Assembly: GCF_009914755.1 (NCBI RefSeq)
Contig: NC_060929.1
Strand: one strand, 5' to 3'
DNA: 64,000 nucleotides
Source of the DNA: the human T2T-CHM13v2.0 reference genome, Homo sapiens
The notes under the pieces were generated by a model, which did not search any database, had not been told where the DNA came from, and saw nothing but the letters and a program-made list of their open reading frames with translations. Both the position numbers and the translations under genes were made by a program. Of the stretch, positions 31,486-44,098 are shown in pieces (the stretch's first letter is position 1; every line of letters begins with the position of its first letter).

Positions 31486-31589
31486 AGAGGGGTCTTAAGT
31501 GACTTAGTGTGAGAGCCTGAATGGCTAACGGTAGAGCAGGTGACTGAATGAGGGGTGGACGGACGCCCAGATGCCTGCTTCCTGGCTTT

Positions 31590-32120
31590 TCTCCCGCTCT
31601 GTCTTCACAGCCTGCCCTTCCTCGGCTCCAAGGCGCCCCCGAGGGGTGAGCTTCCTGGGCGCGCTCCGCAGCGCCCTCCGCCCCTAGCTCGCGGGGAGGG
31701 CGTCGCGCGGCTGTTCAGCGGGGCAGCGGCCTAGCGGCGCGGACCTGGGTCTCCTCCCTCGCACCGGGCCGAGCGCCGGGCTCGTCTGCATTGACGTCTG
31801 CGGCGGCGGCGGCGGCAGCAGCCGGGCTCTCGGGAGCCTGGGTGAATTATGATGCACATCCACCGCGGCTGCTAAAAAAAGGGCAGTGACTCACCACCGG
31901 CCGCGGAAACTTCCACGAGCGCCGGCCGCAAAAAGGCGGGGGCGCCAGGCCAAGGGCGGCTGCGCCCGGGGCGCGCGGCAGCAGCCAGGTGTGTCTCGAA
32001 AGCAAAACGGCGAGGACCGTGGCGCGGGGTCGGGCGGGAACCGGAGAGACCTGGGGCCTGCGCCTCGGCTGCTACCGGCCTGGGTTCCACAGCTTGGCGC
32101 TCAAAGCCAGCCCTTGCCCG
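31590..32120. promoter_or_regulatory. CpG island, probable promoter or enhancer
   Basis: Abrupt GC/CpG-rich block in a CpG-poor window. GC box ~31676-31684, CRE-like TGACGTCT 31792-31799, (CGG)5 at 31801-31815, AP-1 TGACTCA 31887-31893. Confidence 0.9.
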
Positions 32121-32189
32121 GAAGAAAAAAAAAAAACAGATGTGATGTGGCAGGTGACAAAGGGGAGAGCAATAGCTCATACTCATCGC

Positions 32190-32330
32190 TCTACTACATG
32201 TGCTAAGGTCATAATTCACTTAACCCTCAAAACAGCCCTGAAGGCAGGTCACGTGATTATCCCTGCTTTACAATGGGGATACTAAGGCCAGAGAGAGAAA
32301 GGGGCTTGCCAGCGGTGGCAGAGCTCTCAG
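32190..32330 (-). mobile_element. MIR
   Basis: ttaaccctcaaaacagccctgaaggcagg...gctttacaatggggatactaaggccagagag. Confidence 0.75.
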
Positions 32331-32609
32331 TATACCCAATAAAATAGTAATGTGGCAGCACTGTGGAATCCCTGCCGTGTGCCCAGGCCTGTGCTGGTGC
32401 TACAGAGATGGACAAGAGTGGTCCCGCTGCGAGGAGCTCACCGTATAGCACTCTTTCTGAGATATGTCCAGAAGCATTTACCTGGGGGGACTCAATTCCA
32501 TCCCCTTCCACCCGACAAATATTTTCGAGCTCTGCTGTGTGCAGAGAACAATGGCAGAGGAGACAGAGGGTTACAAAGGTGACTAAGGCAGCCTTAATTT
32601 ATTTTTTGT

Positions 32610-33000
32610 GCATTCACCAAGTAGTTAGTAAGCACCTACCATGTGCCAGGTGAGCGAGGTAACACTGACCTGTCCCAGCTCTCATGGAGCGCACGTTCTA
32701 GCAGGGAAGACGGGTAAACAAGGTGTGAGAAACGCTACATTAGGGGGCTGGAGGCACACGCAATACAGCGAAGGAGCACCCAGCCTAACCTAGGCAATCA
32801 AAGAAGGTTTCCAGGTGGCAGTAACTTTGAAGCCAAGGCTGGGAAGCTAATTGGAAGTTAAGCATATGGAGAGGAGGTTCGGGAAGAGAGTTTCACTCAG
32901 AGAGAACAGCATGTGCCTAACCCCAGAAGTGCCAGAGATCATGACGGGTTTGAAAAACTGAAAAGCATTCAGTATACCTGCAGCAATGGGGGCAAAGGAG
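32610..33000 (-). mobile_element. L2 fragment
   Basis: cattcaccaagtagttagtaagcacctaccatgtgccagg...ctcatggagcgcacgttctag. Confidence 0.7.
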
Positions 33001-33499
33001 GAAAAGTGGAAAACAGGAAGCTGGGAGCGGGTTCACCCCAGGCACCTGTTTGAGGGCTAGCGACTTAGCCAGAGGGCAAACGAGCTAACAGCTCAGACAA
33101 TAGCCAGCTGCATTTACAAGGACAGAGGGAAATCAGTTCTATTGGTAACAAAGCCGGCAGAATGAATGCCCTACTGGTGGGAAAGGAAGATCAGGGAGAG
33201 CTTCCTGGTGAAGGAGGCATTCAGGCTGTCCCTGGTTGATAGAGTTTCTGCAGAAGAGGAAAGGAGAACAACTAGGAAGAGGCATGGATGCCATAGCGCC
33301 TCACCCAGGCCCTTCACGGATCCTCTTGAAAGGCCAGAGAGCCATTTGCAAGACTAGGGCTAATGCAGTAAGCTTCTTCTAGGGTCTGGGGTATGGGCGA
33401 AGTGGCCTTCAATGAGCTCCATGTGAAAAGGAGGCACAGCCCTGGTCTTTAAAGAAGCTTCTTCTATCCATTGGTGCTGGCAACCGAAAAACGGAATTC

Positions 33500-33910
33500 A
33501 TGTAATTATTCTACAATATGTACTGAGTATTTACTGTGTGCCAGGTGCTGTGATAGGCACTAGAAATTCATTGGAGGGCAATAACAGACATGGTACCACT
33601 TTCATGGAGATTAATTCTGGAAGGGAATAGGTCAATTTTTAAAAAGACACAAATAACTGTGAAATTCCCACCATGAGAGTGCCCCCAGACACAGGTAAGT
33701 GGTCTTATGAGAAGGCAGGTGAGGACTGCTGTATTCTAAAAGGCATGGACAGGATGCTTTAATGATGTAACAGTTGCGCAGGATCTAAAGGATGAGAAGA
33801 AAGTAACAAAACATGGGTGAGAGGGGCAGTGCTTCAGGCAGAGGGGACAGGCCAGGCAAAGCCCTCAGGGAAAGGCCAGTGTGACTGGAATAAAGAATGG
33901 GGAGAGGGTT
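33500..33910 (-). mobile_element. L2 fragment
   Basis: tactgagtatttactgtgtgccaggtgctgtgataggcac...caggcagaggggacaggccaggcaaagccc. Confidence 0.72.
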
Positions 33911-34046
33911 GGGAACAAAATAAGACTATCCTAGGAACAATGGGATGTCACCCTGCCTGTAAGCTGGGCAAGTGCCATGGGGATGCAGAGAACCAGAGAG
34001 GACCAGAGAGCCTTGCTCTTTATTCCTTGCACCTCATTTCTGTTTA

Positions 34047-34445
<399 letters not shown>

Positions 34446-34750
34446 CTAGTTAAGTTGAAGAAACCAAGATCCAAACCACAGTCTCCATAACCCATGATCT
34501 TTCTACCGGGGATGAGATCAGCCTCCCAGAAGAAGGTCAACCCAGAAGTTAGTAGAAAGTAGGATGTGGATAGCCAGATGGGAGGTGAAGAGACCTTTCC
34601 CAGAAGGGCAAGATATCATCAGCAATGTAGGGACGAGACTAAGATGGCATGAGAGAAGCAATACAGAAGCTACCTACATAGAAGAAAAGACTAAAGGAAT
34701 TAAACAAAGAGATTTCTCTCAGTGGCTTATCTCTGAGGATTGTGACTAAC

Positions 34751-35144
<394 letters not shown>

Positions 35145-36599
35145 TAAAAGGGATCACATAAGCTTTTTAAGTCCTTGCAGGCAGTGTCTATATTGTATTT
35201 ATTTTTTCATCCTCCTACCAAGCTCAGCACAATGCCTGGCACATAGGAAGGTGCTCAATAAAAGTAAACTAAACAATGAAGTAGTTGGAGATAAGGGTTA
35301 GGAGAGGCAGAATGATAGAAGGCCAAGTCCAGCATTTTGTTTTGAAGCAAAGTTCAAGCCTATGTGTCAAAAATCCATTAGTCTTGAAATAAGCCCTTGG
35401 AACTGAATTCACCTGCTGTTTCCTTCATAGCATGTAGTGACCACACTCTGACCATATGCCACCCTCCCAGCCAACAGATTCCTCCACAAATTTTATTTGA
35501 GCTCCTTCAATGTGTCCAGCCCTGCAAGGGCTCCATAGGGGAAATAGACCCAAGAGAAGAATAAACCAGCGCCCTTTGCCAGAGCAAATATTTTGGTGCT
35601 GAATGATTTGGCGAAACCTGAGAACATTCGCTCAGAGGAGGACTGCCTCTCCTCACCAAATGGCACAACATACTATGATGTTATAATATTAGGTTCTTTA
35701 TCACGGAAACACTGGCATCTGTTTCGGAGGAAGCTCCCTCCCAGATGGTGCATCCCACTGTTTTTGTCGTCTGGAACAGTATGAGGTTTCTCAAATGCCT
35801 TTAAGTTTCCAAATCATCCTCCATACAATGGCAGCCTGTTAATTAAGTGGTCCCTTTGTGATTGCATTTGATAAATATAAGATGAGAAGGGTTTATTGAG
35901 ATGTGAAGGAAAGCAACAGGGAGGAGCTCCTCAGAGCAGACAGGCCTTTGTGTGGGCGTCATTCAGTGGGCTTCAAGGGAATCGGGCACAGCTTTGGATG
36001 AGCAGAAAAGAGTTTGGGATTCGCACAGACAGAGCCAACTCTACCCTGTGGACGCCCAGCCATATGCAAACGGTGTATAAGGGGCTTTGTGACGACCTCG
36101 CCTCATCCATCTCTTTCCACCAAGAGCAGGCAAGGAAACAGAAGCCTTCCACTTCTTTCTGGGAGCTGAGTGACTCGTGCCATTCGCAGATGTGCAGTTG
36201 TCAGTTACACTGCCAGGAGCTCTTTTGACTCCAACGGACAAGATTTGAGAAGTGGAGGTCCAAAAAAGGTATCTGCTTTGGAAGGAGTGTTCTGTGTTCT
36301 TGGAACAGCAGATGACTGGTGACAATATGTAATTAAATATAAACTCTCGGGCCAAGAACTTGACTCGGAGGGTTGGTGGACTTTCCGGTCTGACTTGTGC
36401 AATTTGACCTTCTCCAAAGACCAGGCAACTTTCTCCAAAATACAGCACACCAAGGAAGACTAAAGACACGTAGTTTTCAAGGGAATATAGATCTCTGTCA
36501 ACTCCCCTCCTGCTGCCAGGCAGAAATAAATCAGCATCAGGCTACATACAAGGATCTATGATTACCAGATGGCATCTTTGTCTTTCCTTCTGGTTCAAC

Positions 36600-36850
36600 C
36601 TTAATTCAATCGTTTATGCAACAAATCTATATTAGGCATCTAGTAGGAGGAAGGCACATATCTGGGGATGTAGTGGCCTGGCTCATGCGCCCCTGCCCTG
36701 GAGGGGCTTACAGTCCAGCAGACACATGGCTCTGTGAGCCACTTGGGGGCACAGGATTTGGCTTTGATCTTTACCCTCCCAGCACCTAGCACAGTGCTTG
36801 CTGCATACTGGGTGCTCAATAAATGTTTGTTGAATGACTGCATGAATAAA
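36600..36850. mobile_element. Two L2 3' ends in inverted, head-to-head orientation
   Basis: Minus copy ~36600-36720 (gcaacaaatctatattaggc...cctgccctggaggggcttacagtccag). Plus copy ~36727-36850 (ctgtgagccacttggggg...gctcaataaatgtttgttgaatga). Confidence 0.8.
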
Positions 36851-37315
36851 TTCTATTTCCCACCCTCTTCTGCAGTTAATATAACTCTGTATCTTTTATA
36901 TCTTCCTGCTGTCATTAATGCTTATTTTCTGGCTTTGGTTGCTATAAAGAACAGCTGTTTCTCAACTTCTGTACCCTAACACTTCATACTCTTAGAAATT
37001 ATTAATAATTCATCTTTTTGCCTTCACTCCTCCAGCTCCCTCTTGTCTTCCCCTGGCATCAGCATCTGCTCTTGGTCACCTGTAATAAGAAAAATAATTT
37101 GTTTTGGCATCTAATGGTCTTTTACAGTTTGCAAAGGTTTTCACTTGTATGATTTCAAGGACTTTTGGAAGAGCCACTAACAAGCCCCAGCATCATCCAG
37201 GCTGCACCCTGCCAAATATTAACCCAACCCCAAATTAACACCCCCACCCCCTGCAACTTTTACCTTCAACCTTAAAGTCCAACATCAGCAGATTTAAAGA
37301 TTAATTCTATCATTA

Positions 37316-37690
<375 letters not shown>

Positions 37691-39076
37691 TTACTCTATA
37701 GTATAAATTATACCAGATCCTATGCTGAAAGTGGGTTATAATAAATAGAAAAGAAAGCTGGGAAACCCACAGGAGAATCCAGGTTTGCTAAACCTGCCCA
37801 GCAGCAAATCTTTGACCTTAGTAGAAAAGCTCAACAGTTATATATTTGTATCATTATTATTTCTAGTATTAAAGCTACCACTCCTACTATTACCATTAGT
37901 ATTGTTTCCACTCTATAAACGCTAGTCCAACAAATGTCCAACAAATTTCAGCTTCTTTCGTGAAATGTAAGCTTGACTGTCAATTATGTTTTCACAGCTA
38001 TCCACAAACCAAGCAGATCCTTTGGTTTTCATTCATTTTAAGTGTTAACAGATGTTCTCTTAAAATATTCGCAAGCTGTACCAAAGGGAAAGGTTTAGAT
38101 GGCCAGTAAATTTAAATAGAATTGGGACTAAGAGGAAAGGATTTCTTTGGGGTTATAGGCACATGAGTGTGTGAGTTATAAGCGCAAATAAGTGTTGTGG
38201 TCTAAAGGAGCCACTTACTTCCTTGACTGTCTTTTAACAGTTTTTTCTCCTTCCCAGGGATGGGAAATCCTCAGTTCAGCAGCTGATGTCCTAGAATACT
38301 TTGTGGAAACTGGTTAAACTCTCTTATGTGTTCACATGATGCGCGAGTAGCATCCTTAACCCTGAGCACTTCCTTCCCATCACAGCCAGGTTGCCCTGGA
38401 AGACCCACTTGGGTCTTCACTCCTGAAGCCAGACCCTAGGATGGCTATCTTCATCTCACACCTGCTCCCCCATAGAATAAAGTTGCTAAGAGGCTGCTCC
38501 TCTGGTCAGGTGCTCCTGCCTCCTCTCCATGGCCCAGTCTATTCTATTCATGTGGCTCCTGATCTGCTACTTTCTGAATTCTGTGTATTGCTTGACTCTT
38601 TGCCCAGTCTGTTTGGGTGTTCTCCCATCCAAATGCTTCTGAGGTACATGCTGCCCCTTTTGTCCGATTTCCCCAGGCCTAGCTTTCTTCCTGATCTCCA
38701 CAAGCCATCATGATTGTAGCTCCTGCATAACGAATACAGAGAATACAAAGCTCTTGCTTCCCAGACATTCCCTCGGAATGAGAGAGTGTAGAAGTCTGGC
38801 TGCAAATTGCCAGAAAGGAAATGGGTCACAACCTGCTGCAAACAAGGCCTTGATCATCCTGGTTATTCCAGTCCATGGCCTGAGCACTTCCTCATGTGAT
38901 GACAGCTCCATTCAGATCCTCCTTTTGTCTTGATTGGCCCTCCCAGTAAGGAAGAAGACATTGAATGGCAAATGGAAAATCCATAGAGGAGCTGGAATAC
39001 TCAACTCCTCCCTTCACCCTTGCTTACAGGGAGACATAATTTCCTCCAGAAGCATGGAAGAGAATGTTGTCCAGGC

Positions 39077-39668
39077 TGGCACAGCAAAATTAAGTGGAAT
39101 GGTAGAGAGTTCCCATATACCTCCTACCCACACACTGCACAGCCTCCCCCACTACCAGCACTTTCCATGAGAGTGGTATGTTTATTACAAATGTTGAACC
39201 TACGTTGACGCATGATTATCACACAAAGTCCATAGTTTACATAAGGGTTCACTCTTGGTGTTGTACCTTCTATCTATAGGGTTGGGAAAATATATAATGA
39301 CATGTATTCAACATTATAAAGTCATACAGAAGAATAGTTTCACTGTCCTAAAAATCCCCTGTGCTCGATCTACTCACCCCTCCCTCCCCACAAACCCCTG
39401 GAAACCACTGATCCTTTTACCGTCTTCATAATATTAGTTTTCCCAGCATATCATATCACTGGAATCACATAGTACATAACCCTTTCCGATTGGCTTCTTT
39501 CACTTAGGCATTAAGTTTCCTCCATGTCTTTTCATGGCTTGGATATTGGCACTGAATAATATTTCATAGTCTGGATGTACCATAGTTTATCTGTTCACCT
39601 GCTGAAGGACATCTTGGTTGCTTCCCAGTTTTGGCAATTATGAATAAAGTTGCTATAAACATCCATGA
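39077..39668 (-). mobile_element. L1MC1-like 3' fragment
   Basis: cacagcaaaattaagtgg...gagttcccatatacc...aaagtccatagtttacataagggttcactcttggtgttgtac...ggacatcttggttgcttcc. Confidence 0.85.
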
Positions 39669-40407
39669 GGAATGTGTTTTTAAATTACAGTTTTTCTCAA
39701 TGATGACATCTTAATGAGCAGGGATTAGTTATGACAAACGTGTAGCTCAGTATGTAGAATACATAGCCAAGACTTCCCAAACACCTGTCCTCAAGTAGTC
39801 CATAGATAAATCACTCCAGGAGCTTGTGAAAAACATAGATTTTTGAACACCATTCCCAAAGACTGATTCAGGAGGCCTATGAAATCACCAGGCTTAAGAA
39901 ACAGGCTTAACCTACAAAAGGAAGAAAGCAATGGAAAGTTAAAATCACTCTGTTCGCACCGGAGAGGATCATGCACAATGAAAAGGTTGGAGACTAACAT
40001 TGAAAACTTGTTTGATGGAGACATTTTGTTCTTCATTGAGCCTCTTGGGGAAATGACATGGTGGCTTAAAGAATTGTTGATATGTGCTATCCTCTCCCAT
40101 TAAAAGGAGCTAAAAAAGCCCCGGGCACCAAGATGTGAACTATTTCCTTCAGGGTAGAATGGAGCCACTAAAAATAGCCTTGGAAAATAAGGAGTTGTAG
40201 AGGCTCAACAAGAAAAACAAATCAGAAATAAATCTGGTGCTGAGAAAGAAACAGGGAGAAAGACAAGTTCTCGCAGGCAGTTGAGAGAAAGAAGCTATTA
40301 GCTTAGGTACATGAAAGCAGGTACATTTTTCCCAACCACAGGGATGCTGGCTGGCATTCCCACAGAGTAAATCAGTCCCTCTAGAAGGAAGGAAGATGAG
40401 TCAGAGA

Positions 40408-40810
40408 ATCAGCCAGGATAGGATAGGTTATGCCAGGGTAACAAACAACCCCCCAAATTTCAGTGGCTTAAAAGCACAAAAGTTTATTTCTTCCTCGTGT
40501 TAGACATCCAGTGTGGGCTGGTGGGGGCTCTGCTCCTTGTCATCTCTCAGGGACCAGACTGACAGAGGCCTCATTTCCACACATGCTTCTAGGACCCCTG
40601 TGGCAGGGGACAGGGGGTGCTGCACATCCAGCACTGACAATTAAATGCTCAGAAATGATGCACGTCACTTCCACCCCCATATCATTGGCCAATGGTTGAT
40701 GCATGTCACATGGCCTTGCTTGTGTTTAAGTGGAATAAGAAAGTGAAATCACGTCACATGTCCAGAAGGCAGAGAATGAAAATTGGTGCAAACAGCTCCG
40801 TGGCTACTAT
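40408..40810 (-). mobile_element. Old MaLR LTR (MLT1J-like)
   Basis: caggataggataggttatgccagggtaacaaacaacccc...cagtggcttaaa...aagtttatttc. Confidence 0.75.
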
Positions 40811-41164
40811 AGTCAGATAAAGGAGCTGAGGGAGGACGCACGGGAGACAGTGGAGGGGAGGCCCCTTTTGAGCCACTAATTTGCAACTTGAGTTTCATCT
40901 CTCTCCTTACCCATCAAGAGGAGCAGGCCCATCCAGAGCTCCTGAGGGTTTCTGGATTCACTTTCTGCCTGAAAAGTGAAAGGACAGCATGGTGGTGAAC
41001 AACCTAGGCAATGGAGTCAGACTGACCTCTGTTTGTATCGGGAAACTACATTTACTCTCTCTGGACCTCGCTTTAGTGGTCTAAGGTGGATGACAATAGT
41101 GCCTGTCTCATGGGGTTGTTGTGAGGATTGCTAAGTGAGATCACGCAAGGAAAGAGCTTTAGAC

Positions 41165-41328
41165 CAGAGATGCTCAAACTGGGCTGCAACAGTGAGCCAC
41201 TTGAGGAGCTTGTTAACATGCATTTCTGATTCAGCAAGTCATAGGTAGGACCTGAGATCCTGCGTTTCTAACAAGCTCCTAGGTAATGCCAATATTGCTG
41301 GTGCATGAACCACACTTTAGTAGCAAGG
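41165..41328. mobile_element. MER5A-like hAT MITE inside a MIR (~40985-41350)
   Basis: ctcaaactgggctgc...ttctgattcag...tttctaacaagctcctaggtaatgcc...ccacactttagtagcaag. TSD-like ctttagac / atttagag. Confidence 0.8.
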
Positions 41329-41632
41329 ATTTAGAGCAGGCAGTGCCCAGCTATGGTCCATTATATGTATTCTTAAAACTGGATCAAGAGATTCCAACAG
41401 TTCTGCTGCCCTCACCCTCAAGGAATGAAAGCTACAACTGCTTGTTGGTAGAGATGCTCATGTCTGTTGCTTCCAGAGATGAATGTTCCAGGGAACCCTC
41501 ATGGTTAAGGGAGCAGGTGCTGAAGTCAGGAGTGCTGGGTTGTCTCCAAGCCTTGTCACTTCGCAGCCATGTGGCTTGGATGAGAAGCTCTCTGAACTTC
41601 CGTACTGACATCTGTAAAATGAGCATAATAAT

Positions 41633-41955
41633 GCAGACCCACTATCCCTCATCTGCAATTCTCTAGTCCAAAGAGCTCTAAAAAAGACAAATTTCTTTAT
41701 TAAGTTTGATATGCATTGACTTGGGTGCAAAAGTCAACCTGCATTAACCTGAAGCTATTTATTACTTTTATCCTTCTTTTGTGACTATTTCTATGTTTTA
41801 CCACAGAAAAGTGAATGTGTTTGATAGCAAGATGCTGCTGCAGATTCTGTTGAGGGTGTGAGACTATGTACAGTACCTACTCCATCTTACCTTCCTAAAA
41901 ACTAAAAGAAATCCTGAATTCTGAAATACATTTGACCTCAGTGGTTTTGGGGGGA
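41633..41955. mobile_element. Old TcMar-Tigger-like DNA transposon fragment inside a MIR
   Basis: cagacccactatccctcatctgcaattctctagtccaaagagctct...gaattctgaaatacatttgacctc. Family uncertain. Confidence 0.45.
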
Positions 41956-43306
41956 AAAATGTACCTAAAGTGTCTCTTTCTCCAGTAGTTGAAAGGAGTG
42001 TGGGGAAAAAATGCATGTAAGACACCTATTACCATACTTAGCACATTGTAAGTGCTCAACAAATAGATGTTATTACTGAAATTATTGTTTCTCCCAGTGC
42101 TTCTCATAGAAAGAGAGGAAGGGAATGTGGAAGATGGTGCCTTCAGGTGCTGTAGAGATAGGAGGACAGGACCAAGATTGTCCCTATCTGTTTGAAAGCC
42201 CCTCAGTTTGTCTTCTACCTTCTCCTTAAAGAAAGAAAAGAAATATGCAAGGAAATGAACACATGCAGTGAGCATGCACACAGGAAGCATGGACAAAAGC
42301 AAGACTCAGACAGTGGAAAGAGCTCTTGTCTCTGCCTGCAGAAGCAGCCCAGCAGGAACCCCAGCTTCATAGTCAGCCAAGGACAGCTGGCCTTTTTTGA
42401 TGTGTCTTTGAATATACTATTGAGGAGTCTCACTCGAGCTAAGGACTCTGAGGGAGGAGATGGGATTTCCATTTCTTACTCTGCCATTCACCTGCTGGGG
42501 GAACTCAGGAATGCCTTCATCTCCACAGGGCTCGGTTTTCTGATGTGAAATGGGCCAATAATACAGATCCTGCTGTGACTGCCTTATTGAGGGGGCCGAA
42601 TAAAAGTGATCACAGATGTGAATGCATTTTGAAAGGGAAAATCTGTGTTTGCAGGTAGAGTATAATTATTAATCTGACTACAAGTAGGAGATCAGTGAGA
42701 GGACTGACCTCATGCAGGGAACACTGGTTAGCACGCACTTTAATCACACTTCTGTTGTCAACTCTGATGGCATTGTCATTTGCGTTTGGCTCCCTCACCT
42801 TCGCCAGAGCCATTTGTGCTTGTCAGTTAGGCCGGTATGATTGGGTTTTCACAAGATGTGAATTAAGTGAGCTGCTCTGGCCCCACCACCACTGACACAC
42901 ACCCAAATCAAGACTTTGGGATATTGTTTTTTAAGCCAATAAATGACAACGATTAGAAAAAAAATAATGGGGTACAGCTTCAAGGAGTGTCCCAGGAGGT
43001 ATCCCTGAATATTCATTCAAGGCTTTTGAGAATCTGCGAGTATATCCTGGAGTGCCAGCAAATGGGCAACTGCCCCAAAGTAGAACTGATGGCTGATTCC
43101 AGCATTTTTGCAAGGGACTCCCTTCTTCCTTAATGCCCACCCTACCCTGACTCTGAAGGAGCCAGCCACAGAGAGTTGAAAGAAAGTTCAGTACAAGTGA
43201 AAAAAGATACCATGTGCTCCCTCCCAACCCACAACAGATCCCTATAGCCTGAGTTGGGGTTGGGGGGACTTTGAATAGGATGGGAGACTGAAGTCTGGTA
43301 TAACCT

Positions 43307-44098
43307 TGAAGGACCATTTAGCATCTGAAATTGAGTATAAATGCCAAAAGTAAGACAGAATAGGGATCCCCTTTTTTAAGAGCCTGCAGATCCCAAATCC
43401 TGATTTCCTTCAGGGGAAATCCCAGGCACCTAGCTAGTCCAAGAAAGAAATAATTTCTTAAACACAAAAGTAATAGTAGCCTAAAACAATAGCTAAGAAA
43501 GTTACAGTCCAAGAGATGTTTCCTTTCCCTATAGAACCTCAAGATAATATCTTCACATGTGTCCTTCAGTTGTCTTTCAGAAACTCAACCCCCACTGAAC
43601 AGATCCAGTGACATGTAGATCTCAGATAAGGAGAAAATAATGACTAAACTTTAACCAGCATTCTTTATTCTAAGTGTCTTCCTGGGGTGGGGGCTTAGAA
43701 AAAGTCACACCCCCTAGCCAGTTAACAGTCTTCCACTGACCTCAAATTTTTAAACAAAGTTTTTCTTCCCTAACCAATTACAAATCATAAAGTCTTTAAA
43801 TCTACCTATGACTTGTAAGCTCTACTTCAACATATCTCACCCTTTTAGGTCCAATGTGTTACCTTCATGTATTAATTTATGATTCATACTGTGACTTCCG
43901 CTTTCCTGTAGTTTACCCCTGCCTTTAAAAATCCTTGCCTACAAGCCATCAGGTAGGTCAGGATTTAAACATTCAACAGTTTGGACCCCCTCGCTTGGTC
44001 CCCTACAATAAAAACCTTTTGTTCCATCACTACAAACCTTGGGGTAGATACCTGGTTTTACTAAGCCAGGCAAGCTGACTCGAGTTTGGTTCCTAACA
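43307..44098 (+). mobile_element. ERV1 solo LTR (MER39-like)
   Basis: gaaatcccaggcacctagctag...gtaatagtagcctaaaacaatagc...ccctatagaa; aataaa at ~44007; ends ttggttcctaaca. 5' boundary approximate. Confidence 0.78.

Noticed and set aside
31849-32285. ORFs overlapping the CpG island, including an 8-codon ATG ORF at 31849-31875
   Set aside because: Expected from stop-codon scarcity in GC-rich DNA. No recognisable domain, and several lack an ATG start.
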